Below are positions 1 through 13,193 of a stretch of DNA of 64,000 nucleotides, piece by piece. The first letter of the stretch is position 1; each line of letters begins with the position of its first letter. A program made the translations under genes and the position numbers. Under the pieces are notes generated by a model. It was not told the origin of the DNA and did no database searches. It saw only the letters and a list, made by a program, of their open reading frames with translations. Source of the DNA: Eledone cirrhosa (lineage: Eukaryota). The DNA is taken from assembly GCA_964016885.1 (NCBI GenBank), contig OZ024742.1:348998001-349062000 (forward strand), given 5' to 3'.

Positions 1-511
1 CGACATCTCTACAGTTTATTGTACCTCATTGTGTCAAAATAGAAATATGTAAATTACTGTTCCTAGTGTACCTACATAAGGAAACAAAGAAGACACGACA
101 CTCTCGTCTGTCTTTTTTCCTTCCTCCCTTAAACATCAACTCTTCTTTCTCTTTTTCTCTTCCGATGAAGAAATAGGTCCGAAACATAACAATTTTTTAC
201 AACTATATCAAGCATTAAACTAATATACCATCATTGTATTCTATTGACTTTTCCTATATAGATATATATTAAAATTAATAATTTTTATTAAAATTCCGAA
301 AAATTTATTTTTATTTGATGTAGTTCTTGCTTCACAAACTCATACATATACACATATACACATATACCCTCACATATATATATACATATATACCCTCACA
401 TACACTCACACATACACTCACACATATACCCTCACATACATTCACACATATACCCCCACATCAAACACACATACAGGAACATAAATGAATACATGCATTT
501 GTATGTATGTA

Positions 512-581
<70 letters not shown>

Positions 582-849
582 AATATGTGTATATAAATAG
601 GTGTATATGTATGTCTGTGTGTGTTCATAGAGCAATTGTTTTTAATAAATTCTATCTTAGTGTATCTCATATATTTTCGTTTATTCAATTTAAAAGAAAT
701 TCTTTAATAAAGGAAAGTTGAGAATAACGCCTAAGAATTAAAATATTGACTTCATCGTTGTTTTGTTTTCCTTCGAAATTTAGTTACGCCTACTTACCAA
801 CCTAGCTACCTACCTACCTACCTACCTACCTACCTGTGCTACCTATCTA

Positions 850-870
850 TCACTACTGCTACTGCTGCTG

Positions 871-918
<48 letters not shown>

Positions 919-959
919 TTACTACCACCACTACTACTACTACTACCACCACCACCACA

Positions 960-1042
<83 letters not shown>

Positions 1043-1049
1043 CACCACA

Positions 1050-1138
<89 letters not shown>
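850..1138. repeat. (CTA)n/(CCA)n trinucleotide microsatellite
   Basis: Direct reading; accounts for the poly-Y/poly-V ORFs. Confidence 0.97.
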
Positions 1139-1139
1139 A

Positions 1140-2020
1140 ATTGGTGCTTTCGACAAGCTAGGATGGAACTTCACATCTTTTTCTGTGGTAGACCTGTACA
1201 GAATGAACCAAACCCCAAATATCTTGGTGTAACATTGAATCGTAGCCTGACCTACGAACGACAAACCCATGTGGAGATCAATTGTTGAGTCCATTTCGGC
1301 TGAGGCCACCGGATGAGATGAGCACATAAAGAGGGTTACTGGTAAGCCAAAGACCAGGATTAATATAATCCGCAAGTTGGCACGAAACAGCTGGGGTCTG
1401 GTCAATACATATTTTGTACTATCTACTTAGCACTTGCATACTCAGTTGCAGAGTACTGTTCGCCTGATTGGGCGGGGAGCTGCCATACCAATCAAGTTGA
1501 CACCATCCTCAACTCAGCAATAAGTATAGTACCTGGCACACTGAAATCTCATATAGCTCCTTCACACATGTGGCGTCAGGAGAGGATCTACGAAGTAGCA
1601 CTTCTTACCAAGTCCAAGTCTGACCTTCCCATCCATGAAGATCTGGAAAACCTCCCTAACATTCTGGGAATCAATGAAGACTCTTCAGGACAATAACTTT
1701 GATCTGAAGGAAGAATGGGAAAGATCATGGAATGAGCCCAAATTTGGCAACCAAAACCTCACCCAGGATCTCACATCTCAACTAGCCAGCTTTGACCTTC
1801 TCAGAAAACAATGGGTGTACCTTAATCAGATCCACACAACACATCCCAGGACAGCCCATCATCTCCATTGATGGAAAATGAAAGACAGCCTGACCAGACT
1901 GACTGTGGGGACCTTGGGACCCTGACCAGACAGCCTGGAAGCAATCCATAATTCTGCAAATGACGTCTTGGTCTGGTTGGCTCAGCAGTCTCGACCTGCC
2001 TCTCCAACTATTGAGCATAT
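1140..2020 (+). mobile_element. Degenerate 3' fragment of a Vingi/Ingi-like non-LTR retrotransposon (post-RT region)
   Basis: Broken frames give PNPKYLGVTLNRSLTY, KTRINIIRKLARNSWG, LALAYSVAEYCSP.W and FDLLRKQWVYLNQIHT...HHLH, the usual order of I-group/Vingi C-terminal motifs; multiple stops and frameshifts. Confidence 0.7.
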
Positions 2021-2029
2021 GTCACACAC

Positions 2030-2463
<434 letters not shown>

Positions 2464-2743
2464 CCGTGACGTAATCAAAATAAATACAACTAGGTTTGCA
2501 CGTGAAATGTACCATTCTTCTTACCTGGCATAAACAAAAACAACAACAACAACAACAACACACACACCCACACACACCTTTTCTTAAGTAAATGAGTAAT
2601 TATTGCTAAACTAACGACTTCGTATATTAACTAATTAGATAACAGCTAATTATTTCACATTAGTTCTTGTCTGAAATTAGACAACAAAGTTATGAAACAC
2701 TCAACACTTCTCTGACTGTCATGGCGGAAACTAAGTTTACAGA

Positions 2744-2799
<56 letters not shown>

Positions 2800-2833
2800 T
2801 ATATATATATATATTGTAGTAATATTATTGTAG

Positions 2834-2877
<44 letters not shown>

Positions 2878-3448
2878 ATAATAATAAATTTGAAGACTAA
2901 AATCCAAAGAGGGTTCGATAATAATAAATATATATCAAATATATAAGACCCGTAGAGCAAATATTTATTAAAATAACAGATTAAAGTTTAAGCAAAGAAT
3001 CGCTGCTTTCACCCTTAACGGGCTCTTCCGAAACTGAGAAAGTCAATCTGTAAACGCAGAAGTGAATATTTCAAAAAACGTTGCAACCGGAGGAGGACAG
3101 GAAGACGATACTTTGGTTCGTGGAAACGTTCCCTGGCAAAGAACGGGAAAAAACGAATATAATACGTCATTATTTGGAGCGGTGAAAAACAATTACGTAT
3201 ATTTGATTGTATATGTTATGGCGTATATTTATATATTCTGGTACATATACTTTTGGTTATGTGTATACGTGAGTTTTGCGTCTGTGCGAGTATGCGGGTT
3301 CGTAATGTAGGGTGTGTGTATATGTGTACTTCGTGTTTTGGTTGACGTACGTCTCCGAACATTTGTGTATTTACATGTAGGTATGTGTGTGCGCTTGTTA
3401 TATACGTATTTATTTATTTATATACGTTTATTTAATTATTTGTATACA

Positions 3449-3509
<61 letters not shown>

Positions 3510-4190
3510 TTATATGTGCGTGTATTTGTATACCTATGGCGAGTGTTTTCGCGTATGCCTATGTATGTACGTATTTGGATGCGTGCATGTATTTATTTAA
3601 TTTCAATTACCTCTGTATTTTATTTACTTTATTCTTAACTCTGAAGCGGAGAATCATTCGGTTTCCTAGTTTTGTCTTTGCGTGCAATTGTTCTCCACGC
3701 TCCACATATGACGTATTATCTTCGTTTTTCCCGTTCATTGCCAGAGAACGTCTCTATGAACCACCTAAGAGAATATTAGTCTACGACTTCTTTTATACCA
3801 TAAACGTGGTTCTGTCTTTGCGTGTAATTGTTTTTCACCGCTCCAAATAATTGTTTCTACTTTAGGCACAAGGCCAGCAATTACACAGTGCATTACTGGT
3901 ACTTTATTTTATCGACCTCGTAAGGATGAAAGGCAAAGTCAAACTCGGCGGGATTTGAAATCAGATCGTAAATAATGACATATTATATTCGTTTTTTCCC
4001 GTTCTTTGCCAGGGAACGTTTCCATGAACCAAAGTATCGTCTATCGTCTTCCTGTCTTCCTCCGGTTGCAACGTTTTTTGAAATATTCACTTCTGCGTTT
4101 ACAGATTGACTTTGTCAGTTTCAGAAGATCCCGTTAAGGGTGAAAGCAGCGATTCTTTGCTTAAACTTTAATCTGTTATTTTAATAAATA
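2878..4190 (-). mobile_element. Non-coding Penelope-pLTR-like element with inverted arms (2966-3196 / ~3826-4190) and one-sided tail (2878-2965)
   Basis: Arms are reverse complements; flanked by (TA)n; same family at 18530-18733 and 28840-29068; hammerhead-like C(A/G)GAAGA-stem-GAAA motif in the arms. Confidence 0.65.
3848..3970 (-). mobile_element. 5'-truncated tRNA-derived SINE
   Basis: Reverse complement of the 3' two-thirds of the SINE at 18754-18937. Confidence 0.85.
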
Positions 4191-4210
4191 AATATATATA
4201 TATATATATA

Positions 4211-4869
4211 TAATGTATAATAAACAATACAATATAATTACCTCATTACCAGAGGTTTCCCGAATAAGACGAATACAAGAAACGTCCTTATTCGTTCGTC
4301 AGACAAGGCAATTTAAAACATAGTGAAATATTTGAAAAATCTCCTCAAGAAAGGCAATCATTAGTCCCTGAGTCTGTATGTACGCTAACTCTATTATCTT
4401 ACAATTTCTTTTTCAACATATATTATATACGTATTTGTAGTCACACATACACTGATATGCTTGCACTCATGTATGTACTTACGCACACATTTTTTCACTA
4501 TACACATGCATTTGTACATACACACATATGTACATTTGTAGGTGTATATACACACATTTATACACATAACCTTACTGTATTTTCTTATTTTATTTTTATA
4601 TATCTCTTGCATTACTTTTATTTATATATTTTTTTGCCCGTTAAACTTTTGCCTTTTTTGAGGAGATTTTTCAAATATTTCACTATGTTTTAAATTGCCT
4701 TGTCTGACGAACGAATGAGGACGTTTCTTGTATTCGTCTTATTCGGGAAACCTCTGGTAATGAGGTAATTATATTGTATTGTTTATTATACATTAAATTT
4801 AGCTCTGGTACTTACATAGAGCACTCTTCACTCCTATGACTTTTTCAATTTTCAACGGAAACTTCAATA

Positions 4870-4871
<2 letters not shown>
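4211..4871 (+). mobile_element. Fold-back pLTR-like element (arms 4211-4357 / 4649-4795, tail 4796-4871)
   Basis: Inverted arms; tail AGCTCTG.TAC.TACATAGAGCACTCTT shared with 25296-25364 and 8959-9020; (TA)n on both sides. Confidence 0.75.
4697..4766 (+). ncRNA. Type I hammerhead ribozyme motif
   Basis: gccttgt-CTGACGA-a-cgaatgaggacg/cgtcttattcg-g-GAAA-cc tct gg-TA-atgaggt; stems I-III form (stem II closing pair mismatched); GUA site. Mirror copy on the minus strand of the left arm. Confidence 0.7.
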
Positions 4872-4915
<44 letters not shown>

Positions 4916-4951
4916 AGTAATATTATTGTAGTAATATATATATATATATAT

Positions 4952-5091
4952 AGGAGAAAGTATGACCCCGACGGCAGAGCTCAAGCCGTTTCGTTGGGGT
5001 CATACTTTCTCCTATTACCTACTCTACTACCCTAAGTATTGAGTACTCTGGTGCGTTATGGTCCATCTGGTTCCTTACCACAACTCCTTCG

Positions 5092-5094
<3 letters not shown>
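4952..5094 (+). mobile_element. Short hairpin+tail element (family 'CCCGACGGC/GAGTACTC')
   Basis: 5' inverted segment followed by tail TATTACC.ACTCTACTACCCTAAGTATTGAGTACT.TGGTGCGTTATGGTCCATCTGGTTCCTTACCACA..TCCTTCGT; inserted in (TA)n; several copies in the window. Confidence 0.75.
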
Positions 5095-5127
<33 letters not shown>

Positions 5128-5262
5128 GTCTTTAAAGCGTTGGAATATCCGAGACCCCAGTAGACAACTGATGAGGAATACTTCCCCGACCCCGTTCTTG
5201 CTTTCTTATTAAATTTAAGCCTACCTTAATTAGCAACTGCACAACCTTCATATTCTCCATAT

Positions 5263-5306
<44 letters not shown>

Positions 5307-5311
<5 letters not shown>

Positions 5312-7824
5312 ATATTTGGGGAGGGTCATATTTGCGTAATATTGCCAGAATTAATAACAGAACACACTCACTGTTTGGTTGGTTTTCGCTTCTCGCTTCC
5401 GTGTCTTTTATATCTGCGATCTAACTTACTCGGTCCTCAATGTTGCCATTGACTGACCGACGGTCAAAAATAATACAGATACAATATAGACACAAACACA
5501 TATATATAGTTTACATAATTTACATAAATCTTTCGTTGCACATCTGCAACATCGTCAGTGGTGTTATATTCTTTTTTCCTCCTGTTGTGTTGTATGTCTA
5601 CGCCATTTTTTATTCAGTCTGTCTATATATTTATTTATTTATTTGCTTGTTTGTTTATTTTATTTTATTTTGTCTTCTTTGCGCATGCGTTTGCGTGTGT
5701 GTATAGTGTTATGTGTGCTGTGTGACTACTGTGTATAGTGTTGTGTCTGCTGGGTGACTAGTGTGTTTATGTGCTTGTTGTTATTGTGCTTGTGTATGTA
5801 TTTATTTATCTTATTTTATTTTATTTTATTTACTTATTTATACTTCTCTTAGGTCAGTGTTGTTTGTTTGGGTGTTGTTGTTGTTCCACTCATTCTTTCT
5901 GTTTAGCTTTGGTCTTCTAATTTCTATTTCACTGGCCTATCTGATTTGCCTATCTGCTGGGTCATTCCTATGTTTAGATATTATTCTAATTTCTATGTTG
6001 TCTATGTTACCGTCATGTTGTTGTCTAGCATGTTCGTATAGTACTGACCCGTTTTTTCGTCCTTTTAGTTCCCCCCAGTGTTGGTCTATCCTTTCACCTA
6101 TGCTACGAGCTGTCTCACCTATGTATGTTGTTGTCATGTTTCTGCAAGTACCCTCTGTACATCTTATGCTATAGACTACGTTTCTAGTTTTACAGTTTAT
6201 CCGGGGGTTCACCTTACATATGATACATTTCCTATTGGTACAGTGGGTTTTCTTAAAAGGGTAGGTTTTGCTGATCAGGGATTTTATGGTGGTTCCTGGC
6301 TTTTCTACCAGCTTTATTTTTAAGTGGGTCTTTCTCAGGGCCTTTCTACACTGGTTAGCTAATTTCCCTCCAGGGGTGGCGTCCACAAACATGACACTCT
6401 GATATCTCTGGTTGTCGTACCATGATGTGGCCTTCCCTATCTTATGTCTAGCCCTATCTAAGCTATTCCATGATTTGCTCCTGTATAGTGGGCAAATTCC
6501 TTTCATGTCCAGTTCTATGAGGGTCTTATACTTTTCCATGGCTCCTTCGTATACTCTGATTCTGTCTCTTTGGTTGTAGCCAGAGAACTGCATGCGGTTG
6601 ATGAAGTGTTGGATGTGTCTTTCCATTTCTGTTGGGTCGCACATGCTGGACACATTCTTCATCACTCGTACCAAATCTGCGATCAGAATATTAAACTTAG
6701 CACTACTGGACATTGCTGAGTTTTTGAGTATCAGGTATTTGGAGGCCATGAGTTTAGCATAGTGTGAGTGGAGAATTTGGGCTCTCTCGTCTATAGTTCT
6801 GTGTCTAATACAGGTAGTCTATTGTTAGGGTGTTTGGAAGGGAAGTCGATAGTTACAGTTATACTCTGGTGTATGGAATTAGCTATCTGCTGGATGCTTT
6901 CCATCGTGCTACGTTCTAAATCAAACTTGTTAGTGCTCTCTAGTGGGGGTGTTCTTATAACTATATTGATATCGTCTACATAACGAGAGTACATGATGAG
7001 GTCTATGGAGCTTTCATTAAGGAGATCTTTAAGTCTCCTTTCCCACCATACCATGAAAAGGTTGGCAACATCACCAGCTATGCTGACGCCAATGGCTTCT
7101 CCCTCATTTTGGGTGTAGATTTTCTCATTGAACTTAAATATGTGGCCCTTTAGGGTAGTTTTGATACTAGCCCCTATTGCATGTTCGACCATTTTTCTTA
7201 CCTGATCAGTGTTTTGGGGGGTCCGTATAGCTTTGGTCCACCCAATCCACCTTCCTATGGGAGTCTTTTTTGCCATTGAGATTATGGTGGGGGGTCTACC
7301 TCTTATAGGTCTACTAGGGCAGAAACATCTAAGGTCATGGCTGTCTAGGTAGTCAGTGTCGTAGGTAAGTCTAAGTAGGAGGCCCAGTTCGTCTGTGTCG
7401 ACGTCGCAGAACTCCACCTCACTCTCAATGATCATCTCCACACATTTTTTCACAGCAAAATCAATGTTAATGGATGGGTACAGTGATACCACACCCATGC
7501 TGCCTATTACGCAGTTGGATAGGCTCCTGTTTTTGTTGCACTCACTGATTCTGCTGAGGAGGTCATCTGTACTTTCACATACATCTGGGGACATCTTGAT
7601 TATGGGGCGTATAACCATTGAGATGAAGTAGGAGATCCTGTAGGAGATCCATTGAGGACCGAGTAAGTTAGATCGCAGATATAAAAGACAGCGAGAAGCG
7701 AAAACCAACCAAACAGTGAGTGTGTTCTGTTATTAATTCTGGCAATATTACGCAAATATGACCCTCCCAAGTATAACAATATCTGTTTCGACACACGATT
7801 TCATATAAAAAACCTCGCTAAACT
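5307..7824 (-). mobile_element. Penelope-like retroelement copy 1 (5'-truncated RT + GIY-YIG; inverted pLTR 7650-7824)
   Basis: ORFs 6791-7708 and 5937-6749: GSMGVVSLYPSI, GVSIAGDVANLFM, YSRYVDD, LPVLD, CxxxxCxxC linker, YIGETARSIGERIDQH. 7650-7780 is the reverse complement of 5307-5441. A 13-bp deletion near 6797 and a stop at 5937 disable it. Confidence 0.93.
5531..5563 (-). ncRNA. Hammerhead-like core in the Penelope pLTR
   Basis: CTGACGA-T-GTTGCA gatg TGCAAC-GAAA conserved in all three copies (also ~57475-57505 and ~59719-59750); stems I and III are not convincing. Confidence 0.45.
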
Positions 7825-7950
7825 ATATATATATATATTATTGTAGTAATATTATATTTACACACTGTTTAGTTCTACACCACGTTACAGACGTGAAGCT
7901 ACGAATCGAGAGCTCACCTGGGTGAACCTACAGTAATTCCACGTTACACT

Positions 7951-8008
<58 letters not shown>

Positions 8009-8050
8009 CACACACACACAAATATATATATATGTATATACATATACATA

Positions 8051-8293
8051 TTACCATTCTAAGGGCTCCGACAAGCCGCGGATTACAGAGTCGGGCTAGA
8101 TCAATACAGATCGAACCTTGAGCTGATCAGTGGCGAAACGCACGTCACCAACCAATAAATGTAATGAAGGAGTAACCAATCGTCCTTGTTATTTTGTTTA
8201 ACTCTAATACTCTACACCTCGACACTGGAGTGAACCTAAACAACGAGTGCTCACCCGGGTGAACCCACAATAACTCCAAGTTACAGTCCCTGG
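8051..8293 (+). mobile_element. pLTR-like remnant with degenerate hammerhead
   Basis: CCGACAA-GCC...GGC-GAAA-CGCACG-TC; its tail (GAGTGCTCACCCGGGTGAACC) is related to 7861-7953; ends in (TA)n. Confidence 0.45.
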
Positions 8294-8319
8294 ATATATA
8301 TATATATATATATATATAT

Positions 8320-8463
8320 AACGAAGGAAGTGTGGCAATGAACCAGGTGGGCCATAACGCACCAGAGTACTCAGTACTTGGGGTTGTAGAGTGGGTAATA
8401 GGAAAAGAGTCAGGACCCAGATGGCTGAGCTCCGGCCGTTTCGACAGCTAGATCCGAACTGAG
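8320..8463 (-). mobile_element. Hairpin+tail family copy (CCCGACGGC family)
   Basis: Reverse complement of the 4952-5094 tail. Confidence 0.75.
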
Positions 8464-8902
8464 TCATTTTTTCCATTTATTGTTTTCGGTGCACCCGGCC
8501 GATTAACTCACTCGATATTCAAATTAGGCTGCTCAGCCGTTAATATGCATAAGGAAAGTATATACTTTCAGACGTTGAATCATCTGGCAGGAAGGTATAC
8601 GGTGCTGACGATAGCTAATAAGCTTGAAACTAGTACATCGTTCCTTTGTGAGAGTTGAACAAAAGGGCAACGATGGTTGCTAGACACTGTACGGCTTAAT
8701 TCGGGATGTTTGTTTACAAACAAACCGAACATTATAATAAATGTTCGGTAAATCCATACGTACATATATATATATGTGTGCATATATGTATGTATACATA
8801 CTACTGTACGTCTGTATACATATATGTATGTACGTATACATACTTGTATTTAAGTAACAGCCGTACTAAGAGTGAGAAATGAAATTTCGTTTCATTTTTT
8901 CC

Positions 8903-8908
<6 letters not shown>
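8464..8908 (+). mobile_element. Retrozyme-like ~430-bp repeat, copy A (one monomer plus ~17-bp terminal redundancy)
   Basis: TCATTTTTTCC(A/G)TTTAT at 8464 and 8892 (period 428); non-coding; carries a hammerhead. Confidence 0.8.
8599..8641 (+). ncRNA. Minimal type I hammerhead ribozyme (retrozyme copy A)
   Basis: acggtg-CTGACGA-tagct aata agctt-GAAA-ctag-TA-catcgt: 6-bp stem I, AGCT/AGCT stem II, self-complementary ACTAGT stem III, GUA site. Confidence 0.85.
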
Positions 8909-8958
<50 letters not shown>

Positions 8959-9130
8959 TACGTAATTCCAAAGGAAAAGCAAAGGAAAAAAGAGTGCTCT
9001 ATGTATAGAACAGAGCTATTTAATTAGAAACTGAACAACACCAAATTTAACTACTCCATTACCAAAGGTTTCTGGATCATAGACGATCATAATATATACG
9101 TCTGGATCGTTTGTTAGATAGAGATGTTAT
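8959..9130 (-). mobile_element. pLTR-like remnant of the AGAGCACTCTT-tail family with decayed hammerhead
   Basis: Minus strand ctctat-CTAACAA-...-GAAA-cc ttt gg-TA-atggag plus the shared tail. Confidence 0.6.
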
Positions 9131-9156
9131 GTTTATATATACATATATATGAAAAA

Positions 9157-9238
<82 letters not shown>

Positions 9239-9996
9239 GAAAAAATTCAGCTGTTTCGACAGCTAAATCCGAAATATATATATATATATATATTTTTTTT
9301 TTTATTAGGAGGGTTGAACTTGTGGAAATTAAGTGTCTTGGTTATTTATACAAAATATTGTTGGTTGTGGAATTCATTGAGATTTTCTTGTAGAAATTTA
9401 TTAAAAAACTCTTCTCTTACACGGTTTTCTTTCCTTTTTATTTCACCTATTTCCTCCACCTGCTCTCTCAACCGTAAATCTAATGATCAACCACATTATT
9501 TCTTGTAACTTCTATAGCTACGGCCTCATATCTTCTGACATTCACCAACATGTATTCATTATTGTGAACAACACCTATTTAAAAAAAAAAAAAAAAAAAA
9601 TAGTGGCTCTAACATTTTTCTGACAAGAACCGGAGAAAAACAAAATCAGAGGAATTTCTCCAATAATTTTTACATCACTCTGTTTTATACGACAGAGTGT
9701 GTAACATGAACATTCTAAGACAAATTAACATTATTAAGTTTTCCAGTCACGCGATTGCTATTCAGAAAGATCTAGGAACGCTAGTTAAGAGAACTTCAAT
9801 CCATCATGTTCAGTTTTCCCGACTTTGAAATGACAGGCTGATAAAAAATATATCTCGGTGTCCAAAAAATGAAACACGTGAGCTATATGTCTTTGTGCAA
9901 TAGTTGTAGTATGAGGACGAGTAGTTCTTTAATTTTAATTACAAGGGCGAGGGGAAGTGACCAGCTCTCTCTGGTATACTGCACTTCCAACTTCAG

Positions 9997-10056
<60 letters not shown>

Positions 10057-10060
<4 letters not shown>

Positions 10061-10460
10061 AAAGAATAGAGGTGTAACACACAAGTTATTATATATTGGT
10101 AAACGGAATAGAAAATGCTGACAAATTGTTCACAGTGAAAAATAGTTTAATTAGGAATAAGTGAGAATTAGTAATTGTATTGGTTAGTATTCAGTTTTGG
10201 TTTTAAGTTTTACCGGTTGCGCATTTCTAAATGCTTTTCAAAAATAATTCTGAGATAGAGCGTCCGTGATGTTTGATCAGAGCAAACATCACGGACGCTC
10301 TATCTCAGAATTATTTTTGAAAAGCATTTAGAAATGCGCAACCGGTAAAACTTAAAACCAAAACTGAATACTAACCAATACAATTACTAATTCTTACTTA
10401 TTCCTAATTAAACTCTATTTTTCACTGTGAACAATTTGTCAGCATTTTCTATTCCGTTTA

Positions 10461-10469
<9 letters not shown>
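10057..10469 (-). mobile_element. Near-perfect ~380-bp palindrome with 34-bp one-sided tail
   Basis: 10091-10275 is the reverse complement of 10283-10469; tail 10057-10090; second copy at 53811-54247; both lie in (TA)n. Confidence 0.9.
10314..10350 (+). ncRNA. Variant minimal hammerhead (U3:A8, C13)
   Basis: ttt-TTGAAAA-gcattt ag aaatgc-GCAA-ccgg-TA-aaa; same in both arms and both copies. Confidence 0.55.
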
Positions 10470-10502
<33 letters not shown>

Positions 10503-10505
<3 letters not shown>

Positions 10506-11550
10506 GTATATATATAAAATTAAGTATGTGTGTGTGTCTGTGTGTCTGTGTGTCTGTGTATTACCTATAGGGGCCTACATCTTACGACCGATTTTCATGA
10601 AACTTTACAGGCTCATAGATTAGTAATCGGAGAGTGTTTTCTATATATCAGCGTATCGCTTTTTTTTTTTTTTTTTATTCCGGGGTCATTCTGCAGATAA
10701 AAATCGATAGGGGGGTCACCTCTTTTTAGGTATCGAAAAATATGATTTTGCCACCGATTTCATTCAATGGCTTTATATTTTGCATTTGCTGTTCAGGGAC
10801 GGCGTGGCATCCGCTTAAATATTCAAAAATACCACTTTTAGACTCAAATTTCCACTTTTTCGGCTCTAGCTCCCACATTAATCAACCTACTTTGTTCAAA
10901 TTTTACACGACGCTAGATTTGATTATTTCACGTCTTAAAGTGGCTTTAGATTTTCGAGTTTTTGCTCAGGAACAGCGTGACAGCCGCTTAAATATTCGAA
11001 AATACCACCTTTTCGCTCAAATTTCCGCCTTTTCGGCTCCAGCTCCCACATTTTTCAACCGATTTCGTTCAAATTCGAAACTTCGGCTCCACCTCACACA
11101 TAAATCAATTTATTTGGTTCAACTGTTATACTACGATAGAACCTATCATTAGCTCCCACATTTTTCAACCGGTTTCGTTCAAATTCGAAACTTCGACTCC
11201 ACCTCACACATAAATCAATTTATTTGGTTCAACTTTTATACTACGATAGAACCTATCATTGAACATCTTATAGATGGTCAAAGGCAAAACGATGGCCACT
11301 GACGTCGTCTGAGCTTTCAGTTGTGTATTTGAAAATTCATCGGTTTCCAATCAAGGAGCGTGAGGAAATTTGGCTTAGTGTTAGAGGTCATTACCTCCCT
11401 CCCCCAGCATGCCCCTTCGTCAGTCACCCACGTTTTTCAGTGATAGAGGTCATCACCACCCTCACCCACATGGCCTGTGTGTGGCCATAGATGAGTCATC
11501 AAAGCAGATATTATTTTACCTACCCAGGCAACACTGGGTACTGCTACTAG
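10503..11550 (+). mobile_element. Non-autonomous Helitron-like element
   Basis: 5' TC followed by a (GT)/(GTCT) tract; 3' hairpin CCCAGGCAACACTGGG then CTAG|T; internal ~110-bp tandem duplication at 11041-11260. Confidence 0.7.
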
Positions 11551-11564
11551 TATATTATATATAT

Positions 11565-11757
11565 AGGAAAATGTATGACCCCGACGGCAGAGCTCAAGCC
11601 GTCTAGACAGCTATTTCTGGACTCCAGAAACAGTCGTCGAAACGGCTTGAGCTCTGCCGTCGGGGTCATACATTTTCCTACTACCCACTCTATTACCCTA
11701 AGTATTGAGTACTCTGGTGCGTTATGGTCCATCTGGTCCCTTACCACAACTCCTTCG

Positions 11758-11760
<3 letters not shown>
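11565..11760 (+). mobile_element. Hairpin+tail family copy
   Basis: Palindrome ~11565-11680 followed by the family tail. Confidence 0.85.
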
Positions 11761-11824
<64 letters not shown>

Positions 11825-11828
<4 letters not shown>

Positions 11829-12034
11829 AACGAGTAGGACCCCGACGGCTGAGCTCAAGCCGTTTCGACGGGTAATTCCGGACTAAAATTTTTTAGTCCA
11901 GAATTAGCCGTCGAAACGGCTTGAGCTCAGCCGTCGGGGTCCTACTCGTTCCTATTACCCACTCTACTACCCTAAGTATTGAGTACTTTGGTGCGTTATG
12001 GTCCATCTGGTTCCCTACCACATTTCCTTCGTTA
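11825..12034 (+). mobile_element. Hairpin+tail family copy
   Basis: Palindrome ~11825-11955 followed by the family tail. Confidence 0.85.
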
Positions 12035-12039
12035 TATAT

Positions 12040-12147
<108 letters not shown>

Positions 12148-12149
12148 GT

Positions 12150-12660
12150 GATTGTATTAAATATTTTACTCTTGATTTGGCCAGAGGTATATATTTCCAG
12201 GTACCTTATAAACATGACTTTCCGTATTTATTACTGTTATGAGATATGGTGGGTTTTTGGTTGTCACTTCTCTGTTTTTAGCCTAAGAAAATATATATAT
12301 GCGTGTGTAAATAATTACATGCATACATTTATTTTTTAAAATTAATTGAGTTCTTAACACGTGGAATTGATAATGGTTTTGAAATAACTAATTAACCCGC
12401 GTGTATTAAATATTTTACTCTTAATTTGGCCAGAGATTTACATTCCCAAATGCCTTTTAAAGCGTAAATTTCCGTATTTACTACAGTTATGAGATGCGGC
12501 TTGTTATTTAGGTATCACTTCTGTTTTTAGCCTAAGAAAATATCTATATGCGTGTGTAATTAATACACGCATACATTTATTTTTTTAATATCAATTGAGT
12601 TCTTAACACGCTGGATTGATAATGTTTTTGAAAAAACTAATTAACCCACGTGTATATTAT
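12150..12660. repeat. Two diverged ~249-bp tandem units
   Basis: GTATTAAATATTTTACTCTT.ATTTGGCCAGAG recurs at ~12154 and ~12403. Confidence 0.85.
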
Positions 12661-13147
12661 TTTCTTTTCTCGTGATTCGTGGTTGTCTCCCTTTCCCGCT
12701 TCGTGACGCTATGATACTTCCTCAGTCAAAGGACTGCTGGAATTTCAAATTTGGCGGTCATTCGATGCGTGAAGGAGCAGCTTAGCAGACACGATTTTTA
12801 ACTGCGGTAAGAATTTTTTCTTATATCAAAGTCTAATGGGCTTCTACTGAAGATTTATAAGTGCCCACCTAAATATATTCTTACATGAATATATGTTAGG
12901 CTTCTACATAAACTGGAAACATTCTCCCAATTTGTAGAAAACTTATAATGAAACAATTGTTTGGAAAGAGAGATATATTTTAACTTTAATTATATCTCAT
13001 AAAATAATACAACTGGCTTTCCACAAAATACATATAGTTAGCACCCCAAACACTTAAATTGGGTTTATACTAACATATAACCTAATGTTTGTTGAGTGAG
13101 ATGGTTACCAGTCGGAGTTTAACTTAAAGCTATCTCTGTTATTGTAT

Positions 13148-13188
<41 letters not shown>

Positions 13189-13193
<5 letters not shown>

